Positions 17,105-24,957 of a stretch of 53,079 nt of DNA are shown in pieces. A program made the position numbers and the translations under genes. Numbering within the stretch: position 1 is the stretch's first letter; each line of letters begins with the position of its first letter. The notes beneath the pieces were generated by a model, which was not told where the DNA came from, made no database searches, and saw only the letters and a program-made list of their open reading frames with translations. The DNA lies in NCBI GenBank assembly GCA_964606455.1, contig CAZSGZ010000001.1, positions 1-53,079 of the forward strand, given 5' to 3'. This DNA comes from an uncultured Spirochaetales bacterium (GTDB lineage: Bacteria > Spirochaetota > Spirochaetia > SPDA01 > CAZSGZ01).

Positions 17105-19164
17105 GGAATAATGAGATTTTCTCCGGATTCTCCGATAATTTGTAAAACGGTAAAAACCGCGTCGATTTCCCGCCGGAGCGCCTTTCGCGACGAGGCATGG
17201 ACGATGAAAAACCCCGCGCGGGCGGTCGCGTTTTCGGTTTCTCCGATGCTGTCTCCTTCCCTCACGTGAAAGGCGGCGGCAACGACCGCCGGTAATCGGG
17301 TAACCGTCTTAAGCCCCCGCAGCTCCCGTACCGTGCCCGGTTTCGCGAAAAACAGCTGCGCCGACAGAAACATTCCTGGCTCCCTCCAGGTATAGCCGGG
17401 ATATGTTTCAACCCGGAAGGGCCTGCCGAGGACGGCGGAATAATTTGCTTTCAGAATATCGAAGCCGGTGCATACGGGCAGGAAAATTTCCTCATACGCC
17501 CCTCCTATTCGGCAGGCGATTTCGTTTACCCGTAATCCCCCGTCTCCCGTCAGGTACTGGAAGTAAATCGGCCCTTCCCGAATGCGGAATGCCGCGACGA
17601 TGTTGTTTGTAAGTGTTTCAATTTCATCCGCGAGCGCGGGAAGGTATTTGGAGGGGTACATGTGGGCCCTGCAGATACCGATATGGGGCCCCCGTTCAAA
17701 AGTTTCGCGGTCCGTTACCGAGAGGATCCGCGCGTGGCCGTTTGTTACCCAGCCGCTTACGGTAAGTTCATCGCTTGGATAATATTCCTCCACAATGATG
17801 TTCCGCTGCCGCGAGTAGCTGAGTACCTCCTCCATATGGTCCGGCACTTCTTCCGCCGACGAAAGTTTCAGCACCCCCCGCTGTCCCTGGCTGTCCGGTG
17901 GCTTTACGACAAGGGGGGGGCAAAGCTGCCGCAGCATGTCGAGGCAATCTGCGGACCCGGTTTCCACGGGAGAAGGAAGCAGCATCCAGGGGAGTGCCGG
18001 AATATCATTGGCGGCAAAAATGCGCTTCATTCTTCCCTTGTCGGTAACGTTTCGGGCAGTTTCGCTGTCAATGTATGACGGCAAACCGAGTTTTTCGGCA
18101 ACTGCCGCCATGGTAAGGACCGTCTGATCGGTGCCGGTTGTAATTACTCCATCCGGCTTAAGCCAGCTTGCGGCCTCGAGGGTTGCTTCGGGATAAAAGG
18201 CGTCGGCAGTAAGCGACGCGTCGGCGGCGGCCTTTCCCGGGGAAGTTACAAAGTAGTCCGAGGCAATGATAAAGTAGCCGAGCTCCTTTCCCCGCCGGAT
18301 AGGATTGATCTGATTGTTCCCGGAGCCGAGGAAGAGGATTTTTTTTCCCTCCACCGCGGTGTCCGGGGGCCGAGGCGGCAGGACTGTCCGGACGGTAAAC
18401 GGTTTCCCCTTCCGGCGGAAAAGCCGGAATCCGGGAATGCCGCTGTAGTATACGCAGAGGAGAAGAAACAAACGGACAAGCTTTCCAAAGGAGTATCTGC
18501 TCCGCTGCCGTTTCAACGCCGCCGCCGGAAAAGGAGCAGCCAGCGGGACCGACGTAATGTTTTGCGAAAAACGCAGAAGGGCGGCGGTAATGTAAATGAA
18601 GGGCTGTTCCGCCGGGTGTTCCGTAACGATGCGGTGGACGGTACTCCTGCCGGTAAGCCGGAAGCTTCCCGCTTTCACTCCCGGCGGCTTTCCGCAGCAC
18701 CGGGTAAAAAACAGGTCCGCCATGCCGCTCCCGGCTTTTCTAAACCCCTCCCTGAATCCGCGGCGCCGGGAGCCCCGCTGCTCCGGGGGGCTGCCGTATA
18801 TTCCGTACACGGCATCGGCGCCGGTTCGGACCAATTCCCGGTAGAGCCTTCCGATGTCGGCGGGATTGTGCCTAAGGTCGTCGTCGATGGTAGCGGCGTA
18901 TTCCTTGGTAACATACCCGAGACCGCAGAGCAGGGCATTCTGCTGTCCCCGGTTCTCCCCCAGCTTGATGACGGTACAGCAGGGAAGGCGCTCATGCAGC
19001 CGGGACAGAACGGAAAATGAGGCGTCGGTGCTTCCGTCATCTACAAAAATATATTCGTAGTTTTCCGTCAAACAGGGGACGGCTGCCGACAGCGCGGCAA
19101 GGACCGCTTCAATACTGTCGGCGCTGTTGTATACCGGAATAACGACAGAAAGGGAAGGAATCAT
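17086..19164 (-). CDS. Fusion protein: GT2 polyprenol-phosphate glycosyltransferase (GtrB/ArnC/DPM1-like), TM segment(s), ATP-grasp ligase domain
   Basis: The N-terminus has VVIPVYNS...VDDGSTD...IDDDLRHNP. A hydrophobic segment follows (LVRLFLLLCVYYSGIPGF). The C-terminal ~400 aa is ATP-grasp-like (KKILFLGSG...LVVKPPDSQGQRGV...IVEEY...NEIACRIGGA). Confidence 0.75.
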   Translation of the reverse strand: MIPSLSVVIPVYNSADSIEAVLAALSAAVPCLTENYEYIFVDDGSTDASFSVLSRLHERLPCCTVIKLGENRGQQNALLCGLGYVTKEYAATIDDDLRHNPADIGRLYRELVRTGADAVYGIYGSPPEQRGSRRRGFREGFRKAGSGMADLFFTRCCGKPPGVKAGSFRLTGRSTVHRIVTEHPAEQPFIYITAALLRFSQNITSVPLAAPFPAAALKRQRSRYSFGKLVRLFLLLCVYYSGIPGFRLFRRKGKPFTVRTVLPPRPPDTAVEGKKILFLGSGNNQINPIRRGKELGYFIIASDYFVTSPGKAAADASLTADAFYPEATLEAASWLKPDGVITTGTDQTVLTMAAVAEKLGLPSYIDSETARNVTDKGRMKRIFAANDIPALPWMLLPSPVETGSADCLDMLRQLCPPLVVKPPDSQGQRGVLKLSSAEEVPDHMEEVLSYSRQRNIIVEEYYPSDELTVSGWVTNGHARILSVTDRETFERGPHIGICRAHMYPSKYLPALADEIETLTNNIVAAFRIREGPIYFQYLTGDGGLRVNEIACRIGGAYEEIFLPVCTGFDILKANYSAVLGRPFRVETYPGYTWREPGMFLSAQLFFAKPGTVRELRGLKTVTRLPAVVAAAFHVREGDSIGETENATARAGFFIVHASSRKALRREIDAVFTVLQIIGESGENLIIPYLETL

Positions 19165-20354
19165 ATTTTTTTTCGAATAATAAAATTTTCACGTAAAGGT
19201 TTATCCGTTTCGATGTAAAAGTCCCGGCCGTGATGCGCTGCAGCGGTTTCTTCTCCCTCGGCGTCGAAGAGACGGAAGCCGCTGTCGGGAAGCGAGACCA
19301 TATCGGGGCCGATGTACTCGATAGTGTCTCCGGTATATATGCTGTTTTTTACCGAAAGAAGATACCGGCGGTCCCCGCATTGTTTCCGGACGGTCCCCAA
19401 CAGGAGGTGTGTTCTAATATAGGACCTCCTCGCCGGGCGTTCAATTTCATCGGTACCGAAGTAAAACCCCGTCGAATATTCACGGTGGCTGATGTGAAAC
19501 AGTTCTTCCCGGTACGCTTCCAGATCGGGAACGTTCCGGTCGAAAACGACGGAATCGATCATCTTCCGGTATGCCCGGGTAACAACTGCGGTATAGTAGA
19601 CGGATTTCATTCTCCCTTCGATTTTCACCGAATCGAGGCCGCTGTCCCGCAGTTCGGATATGTAATCGATCATGCAGAGGTCTTTCGAGCTTAAAATCGT
19701 GGTATATCCGTCCTCTTCGATTACCGGATAATATTCCCCGGGCCGTTCCGATTCCTCCATCAGCCGGTACTCCCAGCGGCAGGAATGGGCGCAGTCTCCC
19801 GCGTTTCCGGAACGTCCCGCCATATAGGCACTTAAAAAACAGCGTCCCGAGTAGGCAAGGCACATGGCGCCGTGGACAAATCCTTCCAGTTCAACATCCG
19901 GGACGGCGTTTTTTATTGCCTCAATTTCTTTCAGGGAAACTTCCCTTCCGACAATAATTCTCGAAAAACCGAGGTCCCGGTACAGCTTCGCGGCTTCTCC
20001 GTTTACACAGTTTGCCTGGGTGCTTACATGGAGCCGGATGCCGGGAAAATGGTTTTTTAGAAGGGGGACAATGCCGATATCGGAAATAATGAATGCGTCG
20101 AAGGGGTAGGCGGCGATCTCATCCAGGGAAGCCTCGAGTTTCCGCAGGTCATCCTGATGGAAATAAATATTCAAGGCGCAGTAGAGTTTTTTATTTCCCT
20201 TCAAGGCCCTTATCGCGGCGGCGTCGCCCCGTGTAAAATTGTCCGCCTTCGATCGGAGCGAGAAATTGGAAAGACCGATATACGCCGCGTCGGCGCCGTA
20301 GGCGTAGGCGTAATACAGCTTTTCCACATTACCGGCGGGGGACAGCAGTTCCAT
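19161..20354 (-). CDS. Peptidase U32-family protein (RlhA/TrhP/PrtC-like)
   Basis: U32 signature EGFVHGAMCLAYSGRCFLS plus CAHSCRW. Start trimmed to MELLSPAG (ATG 20354). The stop overlaps the start of the downstream GT2 fusion (ATGA). Confidence 0.85.
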   Translation of the reverse strand: MELLSPAGNVEKLYYAYAYGADAAYIGLSNFSLRSKADNFTRGDAAAIRALKGNKKLYCALNIYFHQDDLRKLEASLDEIAAYPFDAFIISDIGIVPLLKNHFPGIRLHVSTQANCVNGEAAKLYRDLGFSRIIVGREVSLKEIEAIKNAVPDVELEGFVHGAMCLAYSGRCFLSAYMAGRSGNAGDCAHSCRWEYRLMEESERPGEYYPVIEEDGYTTILSSKDLCMIDYISELRDSGLDSVKIEGRMKSVYYTAVVTRAYRKMIDSVVFDRNVPDLEAYREELFHISHREYSTGFYFGTDEIERPARRSYIRTHLLLGTVRKQCGDRRYLLSVKNSIYTGDTIEYIGPDMVSLPDSGFRLFDAEGEETAAAHHGRDFYIETDKPLRENFIIRKKI

Positions 20355-20358
20355 TGAA

Positions 20359-21198
20359 TCAGCCGCCCTGCAAAAGCCGTGACGCTTCAAGGGTTTCCCG
20401 GTTCTCGGCAAGGAACTTCAGCATGTGCTGCTGTATTCCCTCGAAGTAGGTCCTTTCGAAGGCCGCGGCTTCCCGGCCGATCCAGCGGTAATGCCATATC
20501 TCATGGATGTATCCCGTCAGCTCTTCCGAATCTTCGGGATAGGAGAGGGAAAAACCGTATTTCCAGGCGTTCTCCCGGAGCCATTTCCCCTCCGGTGTGG
20601 TGCCGAAGGCGGGGGTAATGCTTCCGAAATCCACGGCGGTACCGAGCTGGTGCTGGGACTTCCCCGGTTCCGCCGATTCCCGCCGTGCCTGCTCTTCCCC
20701 GATCGAGGCGACATGATACTGAAATACCTGTTCCTGATAGGCGTAGGAGCGGTAGGCCGAGGAAATAACCAGCCGCAGTCCCTCCTCCGAAGCGTCCCGG
20801 TGCATCTTCAACAGATCGGGAATGCAGATTTTCCGGAGCTGAAGCCCCTCTTTGTTCAAATAGAACCCGTACTCCGCGAGGTCCGTCAGGTCCTCCGGCG
20901 CGTAATCGCCTAAGAGGGGATGCTGCTTATCCACGAGAACGACCTGTTCCCGGGGCAGGGAAAGAATATCTTCCGCGTCTTCAAGAAACTGCCGCGAATT
21001 TTCTACAATCGTCCTCCGGATTTCTTCCGGCAGGTTTTCCGCCAATTCCGCAAGGTCGTCGAGAGACAGTGAAAAACGGGGGTGCACCGGGCCTGCCGGC
21101 TCTGCTTCCGCGGTTCCGCGTTCCTCGCCGGTAACTTCATTTTCCGTGCAAGCGGTAAAAAGCAGAGCAAGTGCAAGAAGTATCAGTATCTGTTTCAA
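20359..21198 (-). CDS. D-alanyl-D-alanine carboxypeptidase, VanY/M15B family lipoprotein
   Basis: Lipobox LLFTAC. M15B motifs SAYRSY, KSQHQLGTAVDF and EIWHYR. TTG start overlaps the lon stop. Confidence 0.8.
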   Translation of the reverse strand: MKQILILLALALLFTACTENEVTGEERGTAEAEPAGPVHPRFSLSLDDLAELAENLPEEIRRTIVENSRQFLEDAEDILSLPREQVVLVDKQHPLLGDYAPEDLTDLAEYGFYLNKEGLQLRKICIPDLLKMHRDASEEGLRLVISSAYRSYAYQEQVFQYHVASIGEEQARRESAEPGKSQHQLGTAVDFGSITPAFGTTPEGKWLRENAWKYGFSLSYPEDSEELTGYIHEIWHYRWIGREAAAFERTYFEGIQQHMLKFLAENRETLEASRLLQGG

Positions 21199-23534
21199 AA
21201 AATAAGCTCCGTTACCTCTTCCATTGTCTCGACGGGATGGAAGGATAACCCCTTTGTAATATATTCCGGGATTTCTTCCAAGTCCCTCATGTTCTGCTTC
21301 GGAATAACAATATCTTTCATTTTGTTTCTTCTCGCTGCAATGGTTTTTTCTTTTAATCCGCCTATTGGCAGTACCTTTCCGGTAAGGGAGAGTTCTCCCG
21401 TCATTGCCAGGCGATATTTGAGCCGTTTGCCCGCCGCAAGGGAGAGAAGGGCGGAGGCCATGGTTATTCCCGCTGAAGGACCGTCCTTCGGCGTTGCACC
21501 CGCGGGAATGTGGAGATGAATGCTGTTTTTTTCGAAGAAGGACTTGTCTACTCCAAAATTGCCCGCAATGTGGCGGACGTAGGTGTAGGCGATATTCGCG
21601 CTTTCCTGCATAACTTCACCCATTTGTCCGGTCAGTTTGAATCCTTCCTTTCCGGGGTTTTCCACTGCTTCGATCAGGAGGGTGTCCCCTCCCAAATTCG
21701 TCCAGGCGAGCCCGACGGCCATCCCCGGTCGGATTGTCCTAATCGTTTCCTCTTCCCTGAACAGGGGCTGTCCGAGATACTCCTGCAGATTGTCGTTTTC
21801 AACGGAAATCGGCGTCTGCTTCCGTCCTAAGACAATATCCTTCGCCAGTTTCCGGTGTATTTTGTCCAGTGCCTTCTCGAAATTCCGCACCCCCGCCTCC
21901 CGGGCGTAATTTCCGGCAATACCGGAGAGGGCGGATTTTTTGTACTTCACGTCCGATCTCCTAAAACCCGCCCGGTCCAGCGACTTCGGTATGAGATATT
22001 TCCGGGCAATTGCTATCTTCTCCTGTTCGATATATCCCGAAAGGCGGATAACCTCCATTCGGTCCAGCAGCGGCCGGGGAATGGAGTCCAAGGTATTCGC
22101 GGTAGCGATAAAAATGATAGTTGAAATATCGAAGGGAAGGTCGAGATAATGGTCCCGGAAACTTACGTTTTGTTCCGGATCCAAGACCTCGAGAAGGGCG
22201 GAGGACGGATCTCCCTGAAAGGAAACACCGAGCTTGTCGATTTCATCGATCATGAACACGGGGTTTCTCGTTTTAACGATTTTCAGTCCCTGGATGATTT
22301 TTCCGGGCATCGCCCCGACATAGGTGCGGCGGTGTCCCTTAATCTCGGCTTCGTCCCGCATCCCGCCGACGGAAAAACGGAAAAATTTCCGGTCCAAAGC
22401 CCGGGCTATCGACTTCCCGACCGAGGTTTTCCCGACACCCGGAGGGCCCACGAGGCAGATAATCGAGCCTTTTGTATCGTCTTTCAGTTTCCGAACGGCA
22501 AGATATTCAACAATCCGGTTCTTTACGTCCTCCAGACCGTAATGATCTTTATCCAGTATTTTTTGCGCCTTTTCCAAATCAATCGCGGTATGTTCCGGCT
22601 CTCCCCAGGGAAGGGTGATAATGGTGTCGAGGTAGTTTCTGGTAACGATAAACTCGGAGGAGTTGGGGTCCATGAGGGAAAATTTATCCAGTTCCCGCTT
22701 TACCTGTTCCTCGGTTTCCTCCTCCAGTTCGAGCTTCTCGATTGCCTCGCTGAACCTTTGGTATTCCGAGCTTTTCGAATCCACCGGCATGCCGAGTTCC
22801 TGTTTAATGGCCTTCAGCTCTTCTTTTAAAAAGTATTCCCGCTGGCTCTTTTCAATCCGTTCATTGATCTGCTTCTGGATCCGCTGCTGAATACGGAGGA
22901 GTTCCTGTTCCTTTTTGATAAAAATGAGCACCTGCTCCATCCGCTGCCGCACATCCATCGTTTCGAGAATTTTCTGCTGTTCATTCCTGTCAATATTGAG
23001 AATTGAAACGATAAAGTCGGCAATTTTACCGGGCTGATCGATATTGACCATATTCAGGCGCATCTCTTCGGAAAAAAGGGGGTTGTTCTCGGAAACCTGT
23101 TTCATTTCGCTGATAAGAGAGCGGGTAAGCGCCTTTACTTCGTCGCCGGTATTGTTCGTTTCCTCGAGGTAGTCCACGATCGCGCTGACGGGGTGTTCCC
23201 TGGAAGCAAACTTCCTAATTTTAAACCGTTTGACCGTCGAGATGAACAGATTATACCCTCCGTCGGGAAGGTTGATCTTCTTGACAATTTTTGCAAGCGT
23301 TCCCACCCGGTAAAGGTCGGTCCCCTCATGTTCGGCGGATTCGGTGTTTTTCAGCAGCACTAAGCCGATCATGCTGCCGCCGGCCATGGCCCGGTCTATT
23401 ACGTGGATATCTTCTTCATCGCTGATCATCAGAGGAGTGAAGAGCCCGGGGAAAATCGGCTTCCCCTGTAACGGGACGATAAATATCTTGTTCGGCAGAA
23501 TCATATCAGCCGGAATAATTTCATTTTTTGCCAT
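21195..23534 (-). CDS. lon: ATP-dependent Lon protease
   Basis: 779 aa. Contains the LON N-domain, Walker A GPPGVGKTS, and the protease Ser motif PKDGPSAGITM. Confidence 0.96.
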   Translation of the reverse strand: MAKNEIIPADMILPNKIFIVPLQGKPIFPGLFTPLMISDEEDIHVIDRAMAGGSMIGLVLLKNTESAEHEGTDLYRVGTLAKIVKKINLPDGGYNLFISTVKRFKIRKFASREHPVSAIVDYLEETNNTGDEVKALTRSLISEMKQVSENNPLFSEEMRLNMVNIDQPGKIADFIVSILNIDRNEQQKILETMDVRQRMEQVLIFIKKEQELLRIQQRIQKQINERIEKSQREYFLKEELKAIKQELGMPVDSKSSEYQRFSEAIEKLELEEETEEQVKRELDKFSLMDPNSSEFIVTRNYLDTIITLPWGEPEHTAIDLEKAQKILDKDHYGLEDVKNRIVEYLAVRKLKDDTKGSIICLVGPPGVGKTSVGKSIARALDRKFFRFSVGGMRDEAEIKGHRRTYVGAMPGKIIQGLKIVKTRNPVFMIDEIDKLGVSFQGDPSSALLEVLDPEQNVSFRDHYLDLPFDISTIIFIATANTLDSIPRPLLDRMEVIRLSGYIEQEKIAIARKYLIPKSLDRAGFRRSDVKYKKSALSGIAGNYAREAGVRNFEKALDKIHRKLAKDIVLGRKQTPISVENDNLQEYLGQPLFREEETIRTIRPGMAVGLAWTNLGGDTLLIEAVENPGKEGFKLTGQMGEVMQESANIAYTYVRHIAGNFGVDKSFFEKNSIHLHIPAGATPKDGPSAGITMASALLSLAAGKRLKYRLAMTGELSLTGKVLPIGGLKEKTIAARRNKMKDIVIPKQNMRDLEEIPEYITKGLSFHPVETMEEVTELIF

Positions 23535-23650
23535 ATATATGACCTCTCATTTTTTTTTCGGTTATGCAAAATATATGGGTAAATAATACTCCGGTCAAAT
23601 AATTGCTGTTCCGCCTTGCGGGAACCGCGGAAAAACGCAATGATAGCGGT

Positions 23651-24403
23651 ATGAGCAGAAGGCTGCTGAAGGCGGATGCCGTTGTGTTAAAATCGGTCAA
23701 ATTCGGAGAAATACACAGAAGGCTGACGCTTTTAACCGACACCGAAGGAATTCTCTACGTCAATGCCTACGGCGCGGCGAAGGGAAAGAGCAAATTGGCC
23801 GGCATTGTCCTTCCTTTTTCCTATTTACAGGTGAATTTATATTTCGACCCCGTAAAGCAGGGATATAAATTAACGGACGCGTATCCTGTACGGATGCATG
23901 GAGGGATTCACGGAAGTCTCCGGAAGTATTACGCCGCCTCGGCGGCGGCGGAGGTGCTGCTGAAATCCTTCGGTGGAGGGGAGCGTGTCCCCTTTTTTTC
24001 AGCGGCGGCGGAAGTGCTTGAGGAAATCGAAAAATCGGAAGAAGCAAAAGTCGTGTATCCCCTTCTGCAGTTTTTTTGGCGCTTTATCCTGATGTCCGGC
24101 CTTGCTCCGGACTTGCAGGAGTGTTCGCGCTGCGGCGGTCCGGCGGCGGGGGAGGGTGACGTGTATATCGATGTTGTTCACCATGAAGCCTACTGCAGTT
24201 CCTGCACCGGGGGGGGAAGGGTACAACTGAACAGAGGGGCGGTGCAGTATCTGGAACACACGAAAACGCTCCCCTTCGGGCAGGGGTGCAGGGTCCTGCT
24301 GGACAAGGCGACGGAGCGGCAGGTCTTCGGTTTCCTCAAGGCTTATTTGGAAGCGGTTATCGAAGGACCGATTGTATCATTGGTACTATGGGAGGAGCAG
24401 TAA
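23651..24403 (+). CDS. recO: DNA repair protein RecO
   Basis: OB-fold N-terminus (ADAVVLKSVKFGE) and a Cys4 zinc finger (CSRCG...CSSC). ORF trimmed to the ATG at 23651. Confidence 0.8.
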   Translation: MSRRLLKADAVVLKSVKFGEIHRRLTLLTDTEGILYVNAYGAAKGKSKLAGIVLPFSYLQVNLYFDPVKQGYKLTDAYPVRMHGGIHGSLRKYYAASAAAEVLLKSFGGGERVPFFSAAAEVLEEIEKSEEAKVVYPLLQFFWRFILMSGLAPDLQECSRCGGPAAGEGDVYIDVVHHEAYCSSCTGGGRVQLNRGAVQYLEHTKTLPFGQGCRVLLDKATERQVFGFLKAYLEAVIEGPIVSLVLWEEQ

Positions 24404-24954
24404 TGAGGGCATTCTTGGCGTTTCCGCTGCCGGAGGGAGTAAAAGAGGCAATTCGGCCGTTCCTCGAGGAGGGAAGGCAGAAGTTTTCATCGATTAGATG
24501 GGTACGGCCTGAGAACCTGCACATTACCCTCATGTTTTTCGGCAACATCGACGGAAGTACGGAGGAGCTGGTGCGGGAGACCTGTAGCCGGGCAGCGGAA
24601 CATCATCCGGTTATTTCCGCGGAGTTCAGCGGCATCGGACAATTTCCGCCGAAGGGAAAACCCCGTGTCGTTTTCAGCCCCGTTACGGAGGGGAAGGCCG
24701 AGTGTACCCGGATGTATCGGGAACTCTTTTCGCTGTTTCGGGACCGGTTTTCGCTTAGGGACACGCCATATGCGCCCCATATCACCTTAGGGAGGGTGCG
24801 GAAGGGAAGTAAAGCCCGCCCCCTAAGTGAAAACGATTTTAGTTACCCCCTCCGCGGAAAAATGACAATTCCCCGGATAATTCTCTATCAATCTGTTTTA
24901 CAATCCGGCGGTCCCGTGTATAATGAAATAACTTCCTTTGGATTACAGAGCTGA
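24403..24954 (+). CDS. thpR: RNA 2',3'-cyclic phosphodiesterase / 2'-5' RNA ligase family (ThpR/LigT)
   Basis: Two HxT motifs (HITLMF, HITLGR). The ATG overlaps the recO TAA (TAATG), and SD GGAGGAG is at 24391-24397. Confidence 0.85.
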   Translation: MRAFLAFPLPEGVKEAIRPFLEEGRQKFSSIRWVRPENLHITLMFFGNIDGSTEELVRETCSRAAEHHPVISAEFSGIGQFPPKGKPRVVFSPVTEGKAECTRMYRELFSLFRDRFSLRDTPYAPHITLGRVRKGSKARPLSENDFSYPLRGKMTIPRIILYQSVLQSGGPVYNEITSFGLQS

Positions 24955-24957
24955 GCT

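Noticed and set aside
17913-17920. G8 homopolymer (C8 in the coding strand of the GT2/ATP-grasp fusion) as a phase-variation slippage tract
   Set aside because: Equivalent G8 runs occur in the housekeeping genes recO (24209-24216) and htrA (48801-48808), and a G7 run occurs in uvrB. A rough expectation for this base composition is a few such runs per 53 kb. The tract is therefore not specifically enriched in the surface-modification gene.
19161-20354. U32 'collagenase' as a virulence factor
   Set aside because: The family name is historical. The sequence shows only the generic U32 Cys-rich signature, which is shared with RNA and quinone hydroxylation enzymes. There is no signal peptide, so a secreted collagenase role is unsupported.
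23535-23650. Imperfect hairpin GTTCCGC-CTT-GCGGGAAC upstream of recO as a regulatory RNA or terminator
   Set aside because: The stem is short and imperfect and has no T-run. It lies in a divergent promoter region and is most likely incidental.
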